From NCBI GenBank assembly GCA_964462015.1, contig CAYWXI010000002.1:23128-87127 (forward strand): DNA of 64,000 nucleotides. The letters run 5' to 3'. The notes beneath the pieces were generated by a model that was not told where the DNA came from, searched no databases, and worked only from the letters and a program-made list of their open reading frames with translations. This DNA comes from an uncultured Bacteroidales bacterium. Lineage in GTDB: Bacteria; Bacteroidota; Bacteroidia; Bacteroidales; JAEINX01. Of the stretch, positions 9,812-18,423 are shown one piece after another (the stretch's first letter is position 1; each line of letters starts with the position of its first letter). The position numbers were made by a program, and so were the translations under genes.

Positions 9812-11920
9812 ATGAAAAAGCAATTTAAGAATTTGTCTGTTAATCTTAAATTATTTTTGTTAATAGTTTTGGGGATAATAATTTCTGTTATTGTTATAAC
9901 CGTGTTTTCAATTCAAAAATCAAAACGGGAAATACAAATTTCTTTTCAAAATAATTTAACTCTTGAAGTACAAACTATTATAAAGATGTTTGAACGCGAA
10001 CGCGCTTTAAAGCTTGATAAAGTAAAAACCGATCTTAAAATTGCCAATAATATGTTTTATTCTGAAAAACTGAAGATTGGTGAAAGCACAAGAAATCTCA
10101 CCTTAATTAATCAAATCACAAAACAAAAGCATGATGCTTTACTTAATGAATGGTACCTGGGAAAAAAAGTAATTCCGGGTGACAATTCATTTGTTGATAA
10201 AACCCATGAATTATTTGGTGGAACAACAACAATTTTTCAACGCAGCGACAGTGGATATGTAAGAATTTCTACAAATGTTTTAAAATCTGATGGTACGAGA
10301 GCTATTGGAACTTTTATTCCGAATAGTTCGGAAGTTGTGCAAACAGTTAATAAAAACAAAACATATTTCGGAAGAGCATTTGTCGTAAATGATTGGTATA
10401 TTACAGCTTATGAACCAATAATCAGGAATGATTCTGTAATTGGGATGTTATATGTTGGTGGTAAAGAGAAAGACTTAAACGAACTTCACCGAATTTTAAA
10501 TGGCTTAAAAATAGGAAAAAGTGGTTTTGTTTTTGTCTTTGATGATAAGGAAAACATGATAGTTTCACCAAAATTATTCAACGATCAAAGTATAAATGAA
10601 GAATTAATTAATTTTATTATTGATAATAAAAGTGGTATAAAAGAGATTGCTATCCACCATAATGGCGAAAAATATCTCGTTGCTTTTGAATATTTTCCCG
10701 ATTTTAAATTATTTGTTGCTGCTGCAGTTGATCAAAAATTTGAAACTAAAAAACTATTTTCCGAAATAGTTATAAACTCAATAATAATAGGATTAATAAT
10801 AATCGTAATTTTTTCAATATTTGTTTACCTAATTACTACCGGAAACCTGAAAAAGTTTTTTCAACAGCTTGAAAAGTCGGAAACACAATTAACAACAACA
10901 CGATTGGCTTTAGAAAAATCGGAAAGGCAGTTTAAGACATTATTTAATAATAGTGGTGACGAAATTTTTGTTGTTGATTTTGATGGGAATATTGTTGAGG
11001 TTAATGATTCTGCCTGTCAAACCTTAGGCTACCCTCATGAAGAATTCATTAAGATGAATATCAGGGATATAAAAAGTGAGAACTATATTGGTGAAGTAGG
11101 AAAAAACATTGAATTGATTCGGAAATTTGGCCAGTATAGATATGAGTCCGAGCATGTTGCAAAAAACGGAAAACTAATTCCGGTAGAAATGAAAAGCAGA
11201 CTAATTGAATATAATGATGAAAAAGTTTTTTTAACTATTGCAAGAGATATTACCGAAAGAAAAGAAATTGAAGAAAAAATTCTGACAGCAATTATTGAGA
11301 CCGAAGAAAAGGAAAGAAAAAGATTTGCAGCCGACCTTCACGACGACCTTGCCCCCATTTTATCAACCGTAAAATTATATACCGATTTAATAAAAAAAGG
11401 TAATTATAAAAAAATTGATGAATCAGAGACCATAAAGAACATAGACGAACTTATTGATATGTCTATTTCTACAACTAAAGAAATCTCAAACAATATCCGT
11501 CCTAATATCTTACAGGATTTTGGCTTAGCGGCTGCAATCAATGAATTTTGCTCGTTTATAAACAATACAAAATCCATCAATATTAGTGTTAAAACTCAAA
11601 ACTATAAAATTGACAAACGGGGGATTGAAGAAACTATACTTTATCAAACTGTAAAAGAACTTATTAACAACACTTTAAAACATTCTCAGGCAAAAAATGT
11701 TGTAATTGAGCTTAAAAGCCATAATGACCAAATAATTTTATATTACCGCGACGATGGTATAGGTTTTAATGTAGAAGAAGCAATTAAAAATAAATCGGGA
11801 TTAGGACTTTATAATATTTTTAACAAAATAAAAACGATCAATGGTAATTGCGATCTTAATAGCGAAATCGACCAGGGAATGTTTTTATTAATTTCAATAA
11901 AATTAAAAAATTTGTACTGA
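9812..11920 (+). CDS. Membrane sensor histidine kinase (Cache 3/2-like, PAS, HisKA_3, HATPase)
   Basis: Two TM segments flanking RISTNV..GTRAIGT..YFGRAFVV..YITAYEPI; PAS (VNDSACQTLGY..RDITERK); ERKRFAADLHDD; DDGIGF, GLGL. Confidence 0.92.
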   Translation: MKKQFKNLSVNLKLFLLIVLGIIISVIVITVFSIQKSKREIQISFQNNLTLEVQTIIKMFERERALKLDKVKTDLKIANNMFYSEKLKIGESTRNLTLINQITKQKHDALLNEWYLGKKVIPGDNSFVDKTHELFGGTTTIFQRSDSGYVRISTNVLKSDGTRAIGTFIPNSSEVVQTVNKNKTYFGRAFVVNDWYITAYEPIIRNDSVIGMLYVGGKEKDLNELHRILNGLKIGKSGFVFVFDDKENMIVSPKLFNDQSINEELINFIIDNKSGIKEIAIHHNGEKYLVAFEYFPDFKLFVAAAVDQKFETKKLFSEIVINSIIIGLIIIVIFSIFVYLITTGNLKKFFQQLEKSETQLTTTRLALEKSERQFKTLFNNSGDEIFVVDFDGNIVEVNDSACQTLGYPHEEFIKMNIRDIKSENYIGEVGKNIELIRKFGQYRYESEHVAKNGKLIPVEMKSRLIEYNDEKVFLTIARDITERKEIEEKILTAIIETEEKERKRFAADLHDDLAPILSTVKLYTDLIKKGNYKKIDESETIKNIDELIDMSISTTKEISNNIRPNILQDFGLAAAINEFCSFINNTKSINISVKTQNYKIDKRGIEETILYQTVKELINNTLKHSQAKNVVIELKSHNDQIILYYRDDGIGFNVEEAIKNKSGLGLYNIFNKIKTINGNCDLNSEIDQGMFLLISIKLKNLY

Positions 11921-11983
11921 AAAAAAATTTAAATCACAACAACTTAGGCTTTAAATTGTTTATCTTTATAATAAAATCTGATT

Positions 11984-12622
11984 ATGGATATTGTAAAAAT
12001 TATAATTGCAGACGATCATATAATTTTCCGAAAAGGTTTGCGGACAATATTAAATGAAATCAATGACATTAAAGTAGTTGCAGAAGCATCAAATGGTCAC
12101 GAATTATTCGATATTTTAAAAAAACAAGAAGTTGATGTTATTTTAATGGACATTAATATGCCTGTAATGGATGGAGTTGAGGCAACAAAAAAAGTGCTTG
12201 CAAAATTTCCCGATATTAAAATAATTGCATTAACAATGCATGAAGAAATCGGATATTTCAATAAAATGATAGATGCCGGTGCCGATGGATTCCTCTTGAA
12301 AAAAACAACTAAAGATGAACTAGAACGCGCAATTCAAAGGGTGATGGACGATGACACTTACTTTTCTGAAGAATTTATCGGTAATATTAATAAATACACA
12401 AAACAAAAATCAAAAACTAGTGATATTAAATTGTCGGAGAGGGAAATTGAAGTTCTTGAACTTATCTGTAAAGGATATTCAAACACCGAAATCTCAAAAT
12501 TCCTCGGTTTGAGCAGCCGCACAATTGATGGTCATCGTAGCAGGCTTTTTGATAAAACAGGTGCTAAAAATGCCCCGAATCTTGTGATGTTCGCTATTAA
12601 AAATGGTTTGATAGAGACATAG
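11984..12622 (+). CDS. NarL/LuxR-family response regulator
   Basis: IADDH, LMDINMP, LSEREIEVL...HTH. Confidence 0.95.
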   Translation: MDIVKIIIADDHIIFRKGLRTILNEINDIKVVAEASNGHELFDILKKQEVDVILMDINMPVMDGVEATKKVLAKFPDIKIIALTMHEEIGYFNKMIDAGADGFLLKKTTKDELERAIQRVMDDDTYFSEEFIGNINKYTKQKSKTSDIKLSEREIEVLELICKGYSNTEISKFLGLSSRTIDGHRSRLFDKTGAKNAPNLVMFAIKNGLIET

Positions 12623-12784
12623 GAAGTCAGAAGAAAAATGTTCTGATGCAAATTCCAGCTAATAAAATCATAAAAAATCTGCCATAATCTGCATCTGAAA
12701 ATTATAGTCTTTTTCTTCATTTTTTCTGCCAATATCATATTTTTAAGAAATTATTAGCTCTGCTTTTTAATAACATACATCAAA

Positions 12785-13041
12785 ATACGTAAATTCCGTA
12801 TAAATTTCATAGTGGAAAACACCCTATGAAAAAAATATTTTAAAAAAATTAAAAATTTATTCGTATTTATTCTTTATTAAATCTACTGTTAATTAATTAA
12901 CAATAGAAAAAATCTATTTGTTTTTCAGAAAACATAAGGTAAGATTTTCAAAAAACATTTTCCTAATGATCTCTTTTACTGTTCTTAACAAACAATGATT
13001 AGGCGTTTTCACCTAATTTTGTACTTGCGTATTTCACTCTT
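12785..13041. promoter_or_regulatory. Imperfect palindromes upstream of the hydrogenase operon (candidate response-regulator boxes)
   Basis: atacg-N7-cgtat (12785-12801), ttcatag-N11-ctatgaa (12806-12830), attaggcg-tttt-cacctaat (12998-13017). Confidence 0.4.
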
Positions 13042-13062
13042 GTACAGACTTGGTTCTTGAAA

Positions 13063-13089
13063 TAATTTTGCTTGTGAAATAATTAACAA
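13063..13089 (+). promoter_or_regulatory. Bacteroidota -7 promoter element with adjacent Rex-like operator
   Basis: TAATTTTG (13063-13070), then TTGTGAA-ATAA-TTAACAA (13072-13089), one mismatch to the Rex consensus TTGTGAA-N4-TTCACAA. Confidence 0.65.
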
Positions 13090-13095
13090 TAGAAA

Positions 13096-13527
13096 GTGAA
13101 AACAAAAAAAGTAATAATAGTAGATAATAACAATTTCTTCAGAAAAGCATTAGGAGAAATATTATTGAGTATCGGAGGAGTGGAAATAGTTGTTGAAGCT
13201 TCTAACGGAAAAGAATTTCTTGATAATATAAAACTAAAGCCTGCCGATATTACTTTTATTAATATCAAATTACCACATATTGATGGTGTTGAAGCTACAA
13301 AAATTGCCCATCGAACTCATCCTGAAATGACTATTATTGGTTTTTCATCACTTGAAAATCAAAGATATGTCAGTCAGATGTTAGCTGCAGGCGCAAAAGG
13401 CTATCTATCAAAAAATCGTGATAATTATGATTTATTAAAGTTGATTATTGAAAACCCTGACGAAGGGCCGTTTTTATCAAAAGAAATAGAACAAAACATG
13501 AATCAAATTAATTTTCAAGTGATTTGA
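13096..13527 (+). CDS. Stand-alone NarL-type pseudo-receiver (phospho-Asp replaced by Asn)
   Basis: IVDNN; FINIKLP aligns to LMDINMP of 11984-12622; no output domain; GTG start. Confidence 0.85.
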   Translation: MKTKKVIIVDNNNFFRKALGEILLSIGGVEIVVEASNGKEFLDNIKLKPADITFINIKLPHIDGVEATKIAHRTHPEMTIIGFSSLENQRYVSQMLAAGAKGYLSKNRDNYDLLKLIIENPDEGPFLSKEIEQNMNQINFQVI

Positions 13528-13566
13528 TTAAAAAATTATTTATAAACAATCAAAAAAAATAAAGTC

Positions 13567-14067
13567 ATGAAAACAAAAAAAATTTTAATCGTTGACGATG
13601 ACGTAGATGTTATCAATGTTATTCAAACAATTTTAGAACACGAAGGCTACGAAGTTATTGCAGCAAACGACAAAAAAGAAGGCCTCGAAAAAGCAATAGA
13701 ATTGAAGCCTGACCTGGCTATCCTTGATGTTATGATGACAACACATTACGAAGGTTTTGAATTGGCAAAAGAATTAACAAGCAATCCTGCTTTTAATAAA
13801 ATGCCGGTTGTTATGCAAACATCAATCGAAGCCTTAACAACAACCAATCCAAGTGTTCAGGCAATGGCCAGAGAATTCAGGTTAGACCCTAAATACAAAG
13901 AATTACAAGTTATTTTAATCAAAGATGTTACAACCGGAAATGCTGGAATTGATTACTTGTCGGAAGAAGGAAAATCAATATTTATTCATATTGACGGTTT
14001 CTTCAGAAAACCTGTTGATTCAAGCAAGCTTTTACCTGAAATCAAAAGACTTTTAGGCAATAATTAA
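13567..14067 (+). CDS. Single-domain response regulator with internal insertion
   Basis: ILIVDDD, ILDVMM, QTS, FFRKP. Confidence 0.9.
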   Translation: MKTKKILIVDDDVDVINVIQTILEHEGYEVIAANDKKEGLEKAIELKPDLAILDVMMTTHYEGFELAKELTSNPAFNKMPVVMQTSIEALTTTNPSVQAMAREFRLDPKYKELQVILIKDVTTGNAGIDYLSEEGKSIFIHIDGFFRKPVDSSKLLPEIKRLLGNN

Positions 14068-14070
14068 ATT

Positions 14071-14142
14071 GAAACTGGAAATTCGAAATTGGAAATTAGA
14101 ATCGCAATTTAAGAGTAATCAAATTTCCAATTTCTAATTTTT
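14071..14142. repeat. GAAATT(A/G)-heptamer inverted repeat element
   Basis: gaaactg gaaattc gaaattg gaaatta ... aatttcc aatttct aatttt; same family as 20403-20452 and 31102-31160. Confidence 0.8.
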
Positions 14143-14199
14143 TAAAAATACAAGCCAGTTGCTAAAATATAAACACACAAAAAATAATATTGTAATTGA

Positions 14200-14667
14200 A
14201 TGAAAACAAGTTTTGAAGCAATTGTAGAAGAATATCCAAATGCCCAAAATGATAGTTTAATCCCGATTTTGCAAAAAATTCAGGATAATGAAGGGTATAT
14301 TTCAGAAGAATCAGTTGTCAGAGTTGGTGAATATTTAAAAATTCCAACAAGCAAAATTTTTGGTGTTGCTACTTTTTATAATCAGTTCAGGTTTGAACCT
14401 ACCGGAAAATATCATATTCAAGTTTGCAGAGGTACTGCATGCCATGTTTTAGGTTCGGCTACTGTTTTACAAGAATTAGAAAAATACATTAAAATCAAAG
14501 CAGGACAAACTTCAAGAGATGGTTTGTTTAGCATCGAAGTAGTTGCATGTATTGGTGCATGTGGTTTAGCTCCTGTTATTTGCATTAATGGCGAATTTTT
14601 TGCAAAAGTTACCGAAGAATCTATAAAAGAAATTATTGATAATTATAGAAATCAGGAGGAAAAGTAA
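14200..14667 (+). CDS. hydC: Bifurcating [FeFe]-hydrogenase NuoE-like subunit (HydC/HndA)
   Basis: CRGTAC...CIGAC 2Fe-2S motif; VATFYNQF. Confidence 0.9.
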   Translation: MKTSFEAIVEEYPNAQNDSLIPILQKIQDNEGYISEESVVRVGEYLKIPTSKIFGVATFYNQFRFEPTGKYHIQVCRGTACHVLGSATVLQELEKYIKIKAGQTSRDGLFSIEVVACIGACGLAPVICINGEFFAKVTEESIKEIIDNYRNQEEK

Positions 14668-16616
14668 TGAAGAGTCAAATTACAGATAATAAAAGTTTTC
14701 TTATTGATAATATTCTAAATAAGTTTTCAGTGAATACCTACGAAAGCGAAATAGCTGAGAAACTTAATGAGATTAAAAGAGAGAAAAACAATAAAACCAT
14801 AATTTATGTTGGTGCAGGAACTTGCGGCTTAGGTGCCGGAGCGGATAAAACAATTATAGCTGCAAAAAAATATATTGATGATCACAAAATTGACGCTGAT
14901 CTTATTGAGGTTGGATGTATAGGTCTATGTTCTTCCGAACCTTTACTTGATGTAAAAATTTCCGGTAAAAACAGAATATCTTTCGAGCATGTTACAGGTG
15001 ATAAAGTTAACAAAATCCTTGATGATGTTTTTAACGAAACTATTAATAATGATAATGTTTTAGGTCAATTTAAATCAGATTTAACTGAGAAATGGGAGAA
15101 TATTTCTTATCTTGATGATCATCCTTTTTTTGCTCCCCAAACACGTTTGGTTTTAAAAAACTGCGGAATTATTGATCCTGTAAACATCGAAGAATACATT
15201 GCTTATGGTGGATATAAAAGTTTTCTGGCAACTTTGAGCAAATACTCATCATCAGAAGTATGCGATTTAGTTGAAAAAAGCGGATTACGCGGCCGTGGTG
15301 GAGGTGGTTTCCCAACCGGAAGAAAATGGAAATTTGCAATGAGCACACCGGCAGATCAAAAATATTTGATTTGCAATGCTGATGAGGGCGACCCGGGAGC
15401 ATTTATGGACAGAGCCGTTATCGAAGGCGATCCGCATCGTCTGATCGAAGGAATGGCAATCTCAGCCTACGGAATCGGAGCATCAAAAGCTTATGTTTAT
15501 ATCCGTGCCGAATATCCTCTTGCAATAAAACGCTTAAGAGTTGCTTTGGAAGATGCAAAAAAATACGGATTATTAGGTAAAAATATATTCAATACGAATT
15601 TTGATTTTGATATTATTATAAAAATGGGAGCCGGTGCTTTTGTCTGCGGGGAAGAAACAGCTTTGATTCATTCAATTGAAGGTAAACGAGGTATGCCAAG
15701 GCCCAGGCCACCGTTTCCTGCCGTAAACGGATTATTCGGAAAACCAACAATTATTAATAATGTTGAAACTTTATCGAATATTGCGGGCATTTTTGAAAAA
15801 GGCCACGAATGGTTTAGCTCAATTGGAACCGACACAAGCAAGGGTACCAAAGTATTTGCGTTGTCGGGAAAAGTAGCATTGACCGGTTTAGTTGAAATTC
15901 CGATGGGAACAACAATTCGTGATATAGTTTTTAAAATCTCCGGTGGTGTTAAAAATAATAAAAAGTTCAAATCAGTTCAAATCGGAGGGCCATCGGGAGG
16001 TTGTATAACCGATGAAAACCTTGACATACAAATTGATTACGAATCATTGATTAAAGTGGGTGCGATGATGGGTTCAGGTGGGCTTGTTGTTATGGATGAA
16101 GATACATGCATGGTTGATGTTGCAAAATTCTTCATGGATTTCATTCAACGCGAAAGTTGTGGAAAATGTATCCCATGCCGCGAAGGAACAAAACGTATGC
16201 TCGAAATTTTGGAAAGCATAACTCATCGGCCAAATAATGAAAGTAATAACGAAGCACTTGTAAGGTTTAAAGGTATCCTTCAATTAGAAAAACTCGGTAA
16301 AGTTATCAAAGAAACCTCTTTATGTGGTTTAGGCCAAACTGCTCCAAATCCGGTTTTGAGTACGTTGAAATGGTTTCGTGATGAATACGAAGCTCATATT
16401 TTCGAAAGAAAATGCTCGGCAGGAGTTTGTACCGAATTAAGAACTTTTAAAATTGATGTTGATAAATGTACAGGATGTACGGCATGTATGCGAAAATGCC
16501 CAACCGCAGCAATTATTGGTACTAAAAAAGCACCTCATTTTATAGTTGAGGAAAAATGTATCGGTTGTGGTACTTGTGAAGAAATCTGCAAGTTTAATGC
16601 AATATCTGTTGTTTAA
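14667..16616 (+). CDS. hydB: Bifurcating [FeFe]-hydrogenase NuoF-like diaphorase subunit with N-terminal thioredoxin-like Fe-S domain and C-terminal 2x[4Fe-4S]
   Basis: GTCG..CIGLC; GLRGRGGGGFPTG; NADEGDPGAFMDR; CGEETAL; ESCGKCIPCREG; CTGCTACMRKCP / CIGCGTCEEIC. Confidence 0.93.
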   Translation: MKSQITDNKSFLIDNILNKFSVNTYESEIAEKLNEIKREKNNKTIIYVGAGTCGLGAGADKTIIAAKKYIDDHKIDADLIEVGCIGLCSSEPLLDVKISGKNRISFEHVTGDKVNKILDDVFNETINNDNVLGQFKSDLTEKWENISYLDDHPFFAPQTRLVLKNCGIIDPVNIEEYIAYGGYKSFLATLSKYSSSEVCDLVEKSGLRGRGGGGFPTGRKWKFAMSTPADQKYLICNADEGDPGAFMDRAVIEGDPHRLIEGMAISAYGIGASKAYVYIRAEYPLAIKRLRVALEDAKKYGLLGKNIFNTNFDFDIIIKMGAGAFVCGEETALIHSIEGKRGMPRPRPPFPAVNGLFGKPTIINNVETLSNIAGIFEKGHEWFSSIGTDTSKGTKVFALSGKVALTGLVEIPMGTTIRDIVFKISGGVKNNKKFKSVQIGGPSGGCITDENLDIQIDYESLIKVGAMMGSGGLVVMDEDTCMVDVAKFFMDFIQRESCGKCIPCREGTKRMLEILESITHRPNNESNNEALVRFKGILQLEKLGKVIKETSLCGLGQTAPNPVLSTLKWFRDEYEAHIFERKCSAGVCTELRTFKIDVDKCTGCTACMRKCPTAAIIGTKKAPHFIVEEKCIGCGTCEEICKFNAISVV

Positions 16617-16637
16617 CCTTTTATATATTTTAAAAAA

Positions 16638-18362
16638 ATGAGTTTTCAGATAGAAGTAAATAATAAAAATATTGAAGCCAATAAGGGTGAAACCATTTTA
16701 GATGTACTGAACAGGAACGGAATCAAAGTCCCGACTTTATGCCACATGAAAGATTTTTTCCCAACCGGAGCTTGTCGAATGTGTGTTGTTGAAAATCTTG
16801 GGACAGGAAAACTGATTACTGCTTGTTCATATCCTGTCGAAGAGGGAATGATGATAAAAACTCATTCGCCAAAAGTTATCGAATCGAGGAAAACAATTGT
16901 TGAATTACTATTATCGAACCATCCCGACGACTGCCTGTTTTGTGTAAGAAACGGAAATTGCGATCTGCAAAAATTATCGAATGAACATCATATTACCGAA
17001 AGAAGAATTACAGGAGTAAAAAACAATCATAATCTTGATCTTTCAAGCTCAAGCATAGTTCGTGATCCTGCAAAATGTATTTTGTGTGGAAGATGTATTC
17101 AGGTTTGCGAAAAAGTTATGGGTGTTTCTGCAATCGACTTTGTGAACAGGGGAAGCAATTCTTATGTGGGAACGGCTTTTAACAAGGGATTAAACGTTTC
17201 AAGTTGTGTTAATTGCGGGCAATGTATTTTGGTTTGTCCGACGGGAGCATTAACTGAAAAGAATCATTTTCCCGGAATTCAGGATGCTTTACAAAATCCC
17301 GAAAAAACAGTAGTTGTTCAATATGCCCCGGCTATAACAGTTTCCTTAGCCGAGGAGTTTGGTTTCGAAGCGGGAAAAGATATTAATGGTATAATTAATG
17401 CCGCCTTAAGAAAAATTGGTTTCAATAAAGTTTTTGACACCACATTTACTGCAGACCTTACCATTATGGAAGAATCAGCTGAGTTAATCGACAGAATTCA
17501 AAATAATGGTGTTTTACCAATGATAACATCCTGTTGCCCGGGTTGGGTGAAATATGCCGAGGAATTTTCAGAGGATTTCATTCCTAATATTTCTTCCTGC
17601 AAATCACCGCAACAAATGATGGGTGCTGTTATTAAAAGTTATTTTGCCGAAATGCATAATATAAAATCCGAAGATATTTATTCGGTTTCGATAATGCCTT
17701 GTACGGCAAAGAAATTTGAAGCTCAACGAGACGAAATGACCCGTAATGGAATTTCTGATGTTGATGCGGTTTTGACAACTCGCGAATTAGCACAATTCAT
17801 AAGGCTGCATGGAATTGATATTCATAATATCGAACCTGAAATTACCGACTCTCCTCTCGGAGTCAGGAGTTCAGCCGGAAAATTATTCGGTGCAACTGGT
17901 GGTGTAATGGAAGCTGCTATTCGTACGGCTTATTATAAAATTACAGGTAATGAACTTTTGAATTTTAAAATTCCGGAAATAAGGGGTTTGGAAAAAAGAA
18001 AAGAAACAAAACTAAAAATTGGTGATCTTGAAATCGGTATTGCAGTAGTCAACGGATTAGCTAATGCAAAAATCCTGTTAGACGAAATTAAGGCAGGCAG
18101 AAATGATTTACATTTTATTGAAATTATGGCCTGTCCCGGAGGTTGTATCGGTGGCGGTGGCCAACCTATTGAATTTGATGAAAAGAATGTTCTGGCAAGA
18201 ATGAACTCATTATATGATATTGATGATAGGGCTACAATAAAAGTTTCTCACAAAAATCCCGATATTATTGAGTTATATAATGAATTTCTCGTTGAACCTC
18301 TTGGACATAAAAGTCATAAATTGTTACATACAAAATATTGTAAACGAGAAGTTTTGATTTAA
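16638..18362 (+). CDS. hydA: [FeFe]-hydrogenase catalytic subunit (group A3-type architecture)
   Basis: H-cluster motifs TSCCPGW, MPCTAKKFE, EIMACPGGCIGGGGQ; N-terminal 2Fe-2S, His-ligated and 2x[4Fe-4S] modules. Confidence 0.97.
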   Translation: MSFQIEVNNKNIEANKGETILDVLNRNGIKVPTLCHMKDFFPTGACRMCVVENLGTGKLITACSYPVEEGMMIKTHSPKVIESRKTIVELLLSNHPDDCLFCVRNGNCDLQKLSNEHHITERRITGVKNNHNLDLSSSSIVRDPAKCILCGRCIQVCEKVMGVSAIDFVNRGSNSYVGTAFNKGLNVSSCVNCGQCILVCPTGALTEKNHFPGIQDALQNPEKTVVVQYAPAITVSLAEEFGFEAGKDINGIINAALRKIGFNKVFDTTFTADLTIMEESAELIDRIQNNGVLPMITSCCPGWVKYAEEFSEDFIPNISSCKSPQQMMGAVIKSYFAEMHNIKSEDIYSVSIMPCTAKKFEAQRDEMTRNGISDVDAVLTTRELAQFIRLHGIDIHNIEPEITDSPLGVRSSAGKLFGATGGVMEAAIRTAYYKITGNELLNFKIPEIRGLEKRKETKLKIGDLEIGIAVVNGLANAKILLDEIKAGRNDLHFIEIMACPGGCIGGGGQPIEFDEKNVLARMNSLYDIDDRATIKVSHKNPDIIELYNEFLVEPLGHKSHKLLHTKYCKREVLI

Positions 18363-18369
18363 TAAAATT

Positions 18370-18383
18370 TGTAAACGTTTACA
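18370..18383. promoter_or_regulatory. Perfect 14-bp palindrome, LacI-family-like operator
   Basis: TGTAAACGTTTACA between hydA and the sensory kinase. Confidence 0.45.
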
Positions 18384-18423
18384 GAACACTGAAATTAGAA
18401 ATTGGAAAACAGAAACTAGAAAA

